Shown here: positions 41,959 to 51,555 of the stretch, in pieces | How positions within the stretch are numbered: the stretch's first letter is position 1 | How the letters are laid out: the number at the start of each line of letters is the position of its first letter | Assembly: GCA_951406725.2 (NCBI GenBank) | Contig: OX597817.1 | Coordinates: 151,466,001-151,530,000, forward strand | Direction of reading: 5' to 3' | Length of the DNA stretch: 64,000 nucleotides | Origin: Octopus vulgaris | Taxonomy: Eukaryota | The notes under the pieces: model-generated | Database searches by the model: none | What the model was told of the DNA's origin: nothing | The model's input: only the letters and a program-made list of their open reading frames with translations | Position numbers and translations under genes: made by a program

Positions 41959-43144
41959 TTACGTTACCTGACCGATGAACTCTTTTGCTTTAATGACGCA
42001 ATCGTCCATCGACAGGCTTCCGCATACTGGTATGACTTGCAAGAGATCCTCCGGGAAAGAATTCTCGATCCTGCACATATCATCTTCGAGTAGGACCTCC
42101 GCAGCCAGCTGCGAAGGCCACTCGGGATACTCCATGCAGGACCGAAGTCCCTCCCATTCGTTTCTCTTCCTCCTTTTACTTATTTCATTTCTATTGTTCC
42201 TCCTTTGGAAGAGGACTACATAAAATTTGTCCGGCATTACAATCGCCGGAGGACACCTGGAGACGCCTCTGCGTGTTACAGTCAGCTGGCGGCGTCCGTT
42301 CCTCTTTTTCTTTTTCTTTTTACGCTGGGCCTCGGGAGGTTGAGGTTCCGGTGCTATACGCGCCGGGTCCTCTTTTCTTCCGCAGCCTCCGGTTCCTTTT
42401 AGTGGGTCGCCATTGCTTCCCCACTTTTTTTTCTTTTGGTTGGAGGGTTTCCCTTCCTCGTTCTTTGTTTCTCTCCCTCCATTGGTGAGGCAGGGAGAGG
42501 CTCTATATCAACTTCTCCAGGATCCTACTTCTGGTCCCTGGGGCATTTCTTCTTAATGTGGCCGGTCTCCGAACACAGGTGACACTTGGGGGCGCGTCCC
42601 TCTAGCATCACCGGATACTTGGATCCGGCCATCTTCAGAAGTCTGGCAAAACCAGACTCTTGGCCGACTGGGTCCACAGAGTCAAAGTAGCCTTTCCTCC
42701 TTCCCAGTTAGCCGCAGGCTGCATTTTCACATTCAGGATCTTGGCGCTACCACCGCTCAGACCCCGGCGGATGGAATCTTCCACCCACTCGGGCTCAAAG
42801 CCGGGCGGCAGGCCACAGACCCATAAACGTAACAATTTTTCCCCCTTGTAACTGGGGAGAAACAGAATCTCATCGCCCTCAATGGGCTGGCTTGCAAATT
42901 TGCAAGCTGCTTCAGCGGAGTCAAATAGCAACCATACCGTTGCGTATTTGACTCCCCGTTGAATATGTTTAACGGCTGGCATATAGTCTGCCAGCTCGTT
43001 CACAATGGTGTCTCTCGGAAAAACCATTATGGTGTCGAGTGACTTTGAATATGTCCTCAACACCACGGTCTTTTCCTCGAGTTCGTGCAAATATTTTTTG
43101 GGAGGTGTTAATTCCCACACAGTGAATTTCTTTGCCTGTGCCAT
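41959..43144 (-). pseudogene. ORF1-like gene with several 1 bp indels (real or sequencing error)
   Basis: ORFs 42635-43144 and 41959-42237 plus intervening homology. Several indels fall in short homopolymers. Confidence 0.75.
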
Positions 43145-43486
43145 AACGTAAAATACAACAGTTCAAAATGGTAAACTAAAATTAGACACAGAAAGGAGAA
43201 TGAAAAAATGCAACAGAAGGGAAGAAATAAAATTGAAAAATGGCAGTTCAAAAAAGTTTTTACAAATAAATAATAGACAGAGAAAGAGAGTTCAATTCAG
43301 ACAAAGGAATTCAGTTTTTTTTTTTTTTTTTTCCACTTCTTCGGCCAAAAATTGTAATCCAGGCCAAATGCACTGTTGGTAAAACCCTTGGTAAATAATC
43401 CTTGGTAATCCGTAGACAACACAACGACAATTTCAACAATAATTTTTTCAGACGGACTATGCCGCTTTAAAAGTACAATTTCTTTT

Positions 43487-44060
43487 CACTCGACACAGGC
43501 AGAAAAATTATATCTGGAGCAAAGTGGAGCCTTATTATTTGCTAAAAAATATTAAATGCTAAAAAAACATTCATGCAAGTAATAAAACTTCACTAAACTC
43601 GCAAAAACACAAAACGCCTACCCGAGTCGATTCGAACGTTCAACAATTCACGTTGAAACAACGCGACATCAATACAATTTTCTTTTCACTCGACACAGGC
43701 AGAAAAATTATATCTGGAGCAAAGTGGAGCCTATTATCTGCTAAAAAATATTTAATGCTAAAAAACATTAATGCAAGTAATAAAACTCCACTCCGCTCGC
43801 AAAAATACAAAATTCCTACCTTTAGTCGATTCGAACGTTCAACAATTCACGTTGAAACAACGCGACATCAATACAATTTTCTTTCCACTCGACACAGGCA
43901 GAAAAATCATATCTGGAGCAAAGTGGAGCCTTATTACTTGCTAAAAAATATTTAATGCTAAAAAACATAATGCAAGTAATAAAACTTCACTTCGCTCACA
44001 AAAATACAAAATTCCTACCTTTAGTCGAGTTGAAAGTTCAACAATTCACGTTGAAACACG
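43487..44060. repeat. Tandem ~200 bp 5' monomers (x3) of unit 5
   Basis: Monomer starts at 43487, 43687 and 43886. Confidence 0.9.
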
Positions 44061-44102
44061 TGGCATCTGGAGCAGCAAAAAAACACGTCTGAACACTTCA
44101 GT

Positions 44103-44140
44103 GGTAAGAAGCTACTTTCCACACAGCCACTCCTGCGCCT
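44103..44140 (-). mobile_element. SINE family A 5' head (A box), resuming after the array
   Basis: ggtaagaagctactttccacacagccactcctgcgcct matches 4635-4675 (ggtaagcaagctacttaccacacagccactc). Confidence 0.85.
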
Positions 44141-44143
44141 AGA

Positions 44144-44590
44144 CTAGCTAATTTGACCCGTGCTTCGCTCGAGTTTTAGTGGTGGTGTTGTTTTGTGCGT
44201 GTTGTCTCCTTTTCCCTTTCTTCTTTTGTTCGTCTTCTTTGCCTGGTTCTTTTTATTGCCTCTTCTTTACCCCACTTTCCAAAAATCGCCCAAATTTTTA
44301 CACCCACAATGAAAGATAACCGCCTCTAGCCCCTACAGCAACACGAAAAGCCACCATTATTCAAACAGCGCAACCTGTCTATCCCATAAAACTCAAATTT
44401 TCTCATATTCCTCACCATGGCAACCAAACGGTAGTCCCGAGCGACTTACAACCTTCCTTACACCATTTCCACCCCATTTTACCCTCCAGAGTAAACTTTG
44501 GTACCAATCTTTAAACCGTTCCCATCCCAAAATAAGACAAATAACCAAGAAATCAAACAACTTTTTCGCATTTCAGCTTTATAGATATTG
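44144..44590 (-). mobile_element. Non-autonomous Helitron-like element
   Basis: CTAG end with subterminal hairpin gacccg-tgcttcgc-tcgagt. Other end resembles the cagctttatagat termini of other copies. Confidence 0.55.
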
Positions 44591-45042
44591 ACATGGAAGG
44601 AAATAGGAAATGTATTAATTGCTAGACACTCAGATAAAAGCAGAGAGCTATAGTTCTTATAAATATCTGTAGTGGGAACATATGAGGTACAAATTGGCTT
44701 AATGATTCACACGCCAGTATTAGAATATTACTGTAATCCTAAACGTCGTTCAAAAATAGTTTCAGTTTATTATTACAGTGGGGGGCTTTACTATGTGAAC
44801 GCGCCTGACCTAGTAGTTAGGTTGTTGCACTCACGATCGCAAGTTCGTGGTTTCGATTCACGGACTGGGCGATGCATTGTGCTCTTGAGCGAAGCACTTC
44901 ATTTTACATTGCTGCTGTTCACCCAGCTATTAATGAGTAACCCCGAGATGTACTGCGACCGCTGTCAGGAGAATGTTGTGATCTCAACCAGCCCTATGAT
45001 TTGACAGTGTAATGTCCTGGGGGTTGTTCTTGTTCTTGCTGT

Positions 45043-45082
<40 letters not shown>

Positions 45083-45849
45083 AATGATGATTTTGCTATG
45101 ACAGACACAATGCCGCCTTTAAAAAAGAAGCGATATATTTTGCAAGCCCAGATACCCAACATCCTGGAAAAAGATGAGTTGGTCATGACTGGAACACCTT
45201 TGATTATATACGCTTGTTGATGATGCGACATTAAACTTAGTAACAAACTATATCTATAAGAAGAAAAAAACTACACATAAAAAGATTAATTTAACGAATA
45301 TTTGAATACAAATAACCGGAAAGAAACTAACAGCTCAAATAATTTTGTTCTCTGCAGCAAATACACATGTTATGTAATAATGCCAACTCTTTAAAAAATA
45401 CGAATGTATCATCCAATGGTTTTGGAAAATACGATTTAGAACAAGCTGACATATAATCCTAGACTTTTGCTTTGATCTTCCATGATATAATTTCGTTCAA
45501 ACCCCGATAAACTATTTATTGCTTATCTCTGTCACAAATGCAGAACATTGTAGGGATTCTTGAATTCTCTAAAACTGACGGAACATGCAGGTCACCATGA
45601 TCGAGATTTTACACAGCGCATGCGCGCACATATATACACGTAACACACGCTCTCTCACCCTCGTTCTCTCCCTCCCTCCCTCTCTCTCTCGTTCTCTCCC
45701 CCCTCCCTCTCTCTCTCTCGTTTCCCCCCTCCCTCTCTCTCTCTCGTTTCCCCCCCTCTCTCTCTCTCTGTGTGACACATACAGACCCACCCACGCCTAC
45801 ACCTACACACACACACACACACACACATGTGTCTTCAATAACTCCTTTG

Positions 45850-46058
45850 AATTTTAGCATAAGGTCGGCAATTTTGACGGAAGGGGCCAAGTTCATAACA
45901 TCAACCCTAGTCCTCGACTGGTACTCATTTCATCGACTCCGAAAGGATGACAAGTAAAGTCGACCTCGGCAGAATTTGAGCTTAGAATGTAAAGACCCAG
46001 AAGAAAAGCGGTTAAGCTTTTTATTTGATGCGCTTACGATTCTGCCAACTCGCCGCTT
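45850..46058 (-). mobile_element. SINE family B, degenerate
   Basis: Core catcgactccgaaaggatgacaagtaaagtcgacctcggc and head ctcgccgc. Confidence 0.7.
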
Positions 46059-46558
46059 TATATGTATTCAAAAGCTAAAAAAACTTGTTTGAGGGATACA
46101 GTCTGTGACAAAATTTGTATAAATTAACTATTCTGCTTTTAGTAGACGCAAACCAATACCATAATGGGATAGTCTTTACTCCAAGCAACAATTTTCGAAC
46201 CAGTTAAATAATGAAAATGACTACTTATTAGCAACATTAAATGATAAGATTTTACTGTCTGTATTTCAACGTAAATGCTGAATATAACTGACAGAAAATG
46301 TTAGTGCAATCGGGTGATTTGCTGCAATTTAAAGGTGAGTAAAGCTGTTGTATTCGATATATTTTGCTTTCCTCATTCGTCGTAATTCTAACTTCGAAAA
46401 GATGCTTCAACGTGTAAACTTTTAATCACGGAATCAGCTATAATTCTACTACAAACACGCGCGCGCACACACGCATAGACTTTCCATTATTCCATTTACG
46501 TGTATATATGTATGTGTGTGCGTGTGCGTGTATAAACTTATATGTATATATATATATA

Positions 46559-46589
<31 letters not shown>

Positions 46590-46638
46590 ATGTATGTATG
46601 TATGCGTGATGTGTGTATATGTGTGTGCGTATGTGTTT

Positions 46639-46677
<39 letters not shown>

Positions 46678-48174
46678 ATCTATTTGTCTGTATACATAGT
46701 TGATAGTAATCATCCAAGTCATCCGACGCATCAAGATTGATAATTATATAGCCGAGTGTGCACAAAGTATCTACTAACCATTATCATTAAATCGAGATAC
46801 CATTTCCACAATAACTTTATCCAAACTAAAATAATAGGTTGATATGCAATAGCAAGCCGCAAAGCATAATAAATCACACTGGATGAGGCCTTCAATAGTT
46901 TTTATATTCTGCAACGGATGTGGAAGGCAAAATTTATTTGTTACGAGAGCTTCGTTCACCTATAAATTTCTGCAGATCATCAACTAACTGCACTAACTTT
47001 TGTTTTTATCAGTTTTTCTCAGCAGTATTGCTTTAAAAAGAATATCTAAGAACCGATACAATGCAAACGGAAATATTCCCATATTAAGTTGCTAATGAAA
47101 AAAATCTTCATTGCTTAATTAGTTCGAAAACTGTTGCACTGAATAAAGATTAGAGAAAACTGCCTCAGTCTTATACATAATCAAAGGTTACTATTATGAC
47201 ACAATTGTAATCCGGAATTAAAGAAATCCAGTTTCTCGGCTTCAGAATATAGCTAATAAAATATGCTAATTATATTTATTCTTTAAAAAAGGATTTCATT
47301 ATTGTAAACTGATTTGAGGAGAAATAAATCTACTACAAACTGACATGGAGAAGAGCAAAAATTGCCTGTTTGCATAAAAAATATTAGTGGTTAAATGAAT
47401 TAAAGAGTTGTGTACTGAACGAAGTATACAAAAATCCTCAATTACTTAGAATTTTCGTCTTAATTGCAGATTGAAAACAAAACCTAGCAGTAATTATTGG
47501 CGACTTTTAAAGACCAGGGGAGATAATTTAAAGAATTTTAGAATCGATTTCGCGAAGCTTAAGGAAGAAATTTTGATTTTTGTAGATGAGAGGACAGCTT
47601 ATGGACAAATTCAAGTGTTACTAGACTTCAACAACATGGTAAAATCTATTGAAGACTGCATTGATTCGTTGAAAATAGAATTGATTAATGGGATTACTGC
47701 ATTGAATGTCTCAACTGAGTATAATTTTAGCAGGGAACTTCAATGGAGGACGTAATCAAACAAGAAATAAAGAACGTAACAGGAAAAGTTAGTTCAGAAA
47801 ATAGAGGCATTAAATAGTTTGATCATCCACAGAGCTGACACAAGAAGTCAGTCAAGTGGTTTCTGTAAATGTATAAGAAGAAACGTCAATCATAGATTCC
47901 ATTAAAATCCTAGAATTAACAGCAGAAAATGGCATAAGAAAAGGCGAATCGAAAATAACTACCGCATTAGGTAGTTTATTGTCTTAAGAAATGTTAGGGA
48001 ATAATATAAACAGAAAAAAAGAATTCTAACATCGAAAAGATGTTTCAACATCTCTGACCGTGAAGCAAGCTTTTAGTGGGAAAATTAGCAATACTGCTTC
48101 TGCATATACACACATGCATGCTTGCATGAATGAATATATGTGTGTGTGTGTGTGCGTATGTGTTTATATATATA

Positions 48175-48476
48175 CTAGCAGTATCGCCCGGCGTTGCTCG
48201 GGTTTGTAAGGGAAATAACTATATAAGCATTTTTAGAGAGTTACTTCCCTTATATAATGGCAAAAAATGCATTAAAAATGGGAAAAAATTATGGTAATTT
48301 TCTTTTTAAATCGTAGACTCATCTTAGACGCGCGCTAATACCCAGAAGGGCTCGATATGAATCACGACTATAAGATACCCGCTTTTGGTTAAACTGCACC
48401 GCAAAATGTGGGAGTAGTTAGGAATCTAAATCGTAGGAGACAGACACTCACACAACTTCACTTTTATATATAAAGA
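48175..48476 (-). mobile_element. Short non-autonomous Helitron
   Basis: A|TC...CTAG|T on the minus strand with subterminal hairpin cccg-gcgttgct-cggg. Confidence 0.8.
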
Positions 48477-48689
48477 TATATATATATATATATATATATA
48501 TAAATTAGAAAAAAAAACACCTTTTCTCAATTCAAAATGAACAAATAAATTACACCATCTAGAAAATTACATATAATAGAAATATTAAAATCAAAATAAC
48601 AATAATATACCGATGATTAAGTAAATTTCAAAATAATAATAATAGATGGTGTAATTTAGTTGTTCATTTTGAATTGATAAAAGGTGCTT

Positions 48690-48760
<71 letters not shown>

Positions 48761-49809
48761 ATTATATTATATTGTGTGAAATTTGATTTAGTATTTCTAA
48801 ATTGAATTTTTCCCTGTAAGTTAGGATAGTATTCCCTCAAATAATTATATATATTATAGATATAGGGTAAAAAATTATTAATTTAATAATTAACAAATTT
48901 TACCAAGTAGCTTCGGTATGGAAACAAACCATTATAGGTAAAAACTCATACGAAAAGTATTTTTTATAATTATATATATAATTAAAGGTTTAGCAAAAAG
49001 TTCCTACACCACATACCGAAAATTTAGAAATAGCAGTCAAAACCGCTAATTCTTTTAACTACAATATAACTCCACAGACGGCAATACTTGTAACTCACAT
49101 AAGCAAAAAGAAGAAAGAATAACGAAATCAACTATGTATGTATGTATACACTAGCTTGATAAGTGCCAAAACAGGAAACTTTCGGACCGTGGATCACTCT
49201 GCTGTATCTGTCAAATATTGATATATATATATATATATATATATATATGGGTACAGGACGTCATACAGGACGTCACCAACGGTTCGAACAATATGAAATA
49301 CGTAAACAACGAGATAAAATGGAGAACACAAGTAAAAACAGAGAAAGGAACCTTCATTAGTTGTCGGCTGTCTATCTGCTCCTCATCTCGAGCATGCAAC
49401 GACACTATGAATTTTCAAAGACAGTTGGTCCCATAAATTCTAAAATAAGATTTAGGATTTATGGAGAGTCAGAGTTGGGAACAAAAATATCACAGTGCAT
49501 ACATACAAGGACACCGAACGAAAACAAACATGGAGGGTCGTTAGACTAGAATTTCGTTTTTGTACTTGGTTTGCATAATTCTTTATGTGAATTCGTGTGT
49601 TGAAGTATATTTTATTGTGTCTGGCGAGAATCATTCTGTTTTAATGTCTTATTAATTCATTCTCTTATCAGTTCGATTTTCACTCATTTACTTATTTATT
49701 TTTTTCTAAAATTTTCGTTGCTTCTTTCAACCTCTTCAATTGAAAAAAACGCAATATTTATGGTATGACCCAATACACATACACACATTTACATATAGAT
49801 AGATTCAAC

Positions 49810-49970
49810 AAACTTCTTTCAGTTTTCATGTACCAACTCCATTCGCAAGATTTTAGTTAGCTTGGGACTACAGACGAAGACACTCGTCTAAAATGCCATG
49901 TAGCGGAACTGAACCCGGAACCATGTGGTTGGGAAGCAAACTTATCACCACATAGCCACGCCTGCACCTC
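49810..49970 (-). mobile_element. SINE family A head, diverged
   Basis: Homologous to 4525-4675. The target-equivalent motif is altered (gggaagcaaacttatc). Confidence 0.7.
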
Positions 49971-50121
49971 TTCACACAGCCATGTCCCAGCAGATCCGCG
50001 CGCAAATATGCTAATCGCTATTGTGTTCGTCACAGGAGAACCCTTCTCCTTTATGGCAGCTATGTGTTCATGACACACTAGATTCATTGGTACAAGAGAT
50101 TTGGGACACCAGTGTGTCTCT

Positions 50122-50354
50122 TATTTCTTTATTGCCCACAAGGGGCTAAACATAGAGGGGACAAACAAGGACAAACAAAGGGATTAAATCGATTACATCG
50201 ACCTCAGTGCGCAACTGGTACTTAATTTATTGACCCCGAAAGGATGATAGGCAAAATCGACCTCGGCGGAATTTGAACTCAGAACGTAACGGCAGACGAA
50301 ATACTGCCAAACATTTCGCCCGGCATGCTAACGTGTCTGCCAGCTCACCGCCTT
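50122..50354 (-). mobile_element. SINE family B, full length
   Basis: Reverse complement of 28486-28718. Confidence 0.9.
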
Positions 50355-50884
50355 GTCACACAGAAGTACTCAAACCAATGAATGCAAACAAAAGTCGATA
50401 GTCTCATTTATAAGTTCAGTAAGCAATCTGTTCGCTGAGCCGTGCTGATATCTATCAACCGATAATAAATCGTTATATGCTCAGCCAGTTGAAAGATTTT
50501 AAGTATTAAGTAATGTTATTGCATATACCTGTAAAACAAAATGCGGATGTTAAGGATTGATAAAGACTGGCCGGGCGCAAAACAAAATAAAGACGACGAT
50601 GATGACAACATCACCTCAACAATAACAAATTCAACCGTCATAACCGCCACCATTGAGAACCTCTTCGTGGTCCACTGACTTGTAAAATTAGCAACCAACC
50701 AACATTTATTAATATAATCCGAGGTATTCAGCCCCTAAAAAGACAGGATGGTCATAGTTGGAATGCCTTTAGTCATAGATTCGCATCGATCAGGGTGCAA
50801 AATAGCAACAATATAAGTAGCTCCTGCTATGCTGCTGCAACCACCACTGGTGCTGTTGCATCTGCTGCTGCTGTCACTGCTGCT

Positions 50885-51440
50885 GCTGTTGTTGTTGTTG
50901 TTGTTAAGCAACAAGACGGGTAAGGGTGATTTCACTGCGTCCGTTCTGTGGGTTGGGAAACGTCTGGCAGGTCGGGAGCGGAAGTCCACTTTTCCCAGAT
51001 CCGAAGGACAAGGAGAGGGTCACTGGCCAGAGCGTCTGAGGGGGGCGGCATTTGCGGTGGGCGATGGATCCGTGGACAGTCGTAGATGACATACTCCGCC
51101 GTCTCCTCTCCCACTCCGCACTTTCTGCAGGTTCTGTCTATGGTTCGGTCGATCTTGTAGAGCCAGTACTTGAGGTCCGGGTGATGACCACTTCTAAGTG
51201 TGCTGAGTGCTACCTGCTGCTGCCTGGTTAGAGACGAATCAGCGGTTCTGCTCACTTTATCTCCATGGATGCCGTAGATCCTCTTGACTCTTTCGTGTTT
51301 GAAGGGAGATGGTTTAAGTGTCCGGTGGATCGCTGCTTTCGCTGCATCGTAGTGGTGGTGGGCTGTTGTCTGGTCTCCTTCTACATTTTCTGCGACTTCG
51401 AAGGCCATCTCCCAGTGGTATCGGGCGTCAACGAAGAACC
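50885..51440 (-). mobile_element. I-group-like LINE 3' fragment (post-RNase H region, C-terminal zinc finger) with (CAA)n tail
   Basis: LTRQQQVALSTLRSGHHP..L....CRKCGVGEETAEYVIYDCP, followed on the minus strand by a short UTR and (CAA)n. Confidence 0.75.
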
Positions 51441-51555
51441 CTCAACCAATGCTGCTGCTGCTGTCGCCCCCACTCTTACTACCGTTGCTACTGCTGCTGT
51501 AATTGCTCCTGATGCGGCAGTAATTGCTGCTGCTGCTAATAATAATAATAATAAT

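Larger units (their letters stand above)
41660..44102 (-). mobile_element. ORF1-only retroelement unit 5
   Basis: Bounded by target repeats at 41645 and 44103. Three 5' monomers. Confidence 0.8.

Noticed and set aside
33529-42851. Plus-strand ORFs overlapping the ORF1 genes (e.g. MGARPSSITGY...)
   Set aside because: Antisense shadows of GC-rich coding sequence; they recur only because the units are paralogous.
33023-43144. Ordinary host ZCCHC3-like gene cluster
   Set aside because: Not favoured, because the array precisely interrupts a SINE and each unit is delimited by target repeats and a LINE-like tail. Later domestication cannot be excluded.
38792-44060. Regularly spaced ~200 bp repeats as a CRISPR-like array
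   Set aside because: Whole monomers are repeated with no unique spacers, there are no cas genes, and the context is eukaryotic.
32725-44102. Array as LTR retrotransposon gag genes with shared LTRs
   Set aside because: No pol, no TG...CA LTR ends or PBS seen. The A-rich 3' tails and ~15 bp junction repeats fit non-LTR insertion.
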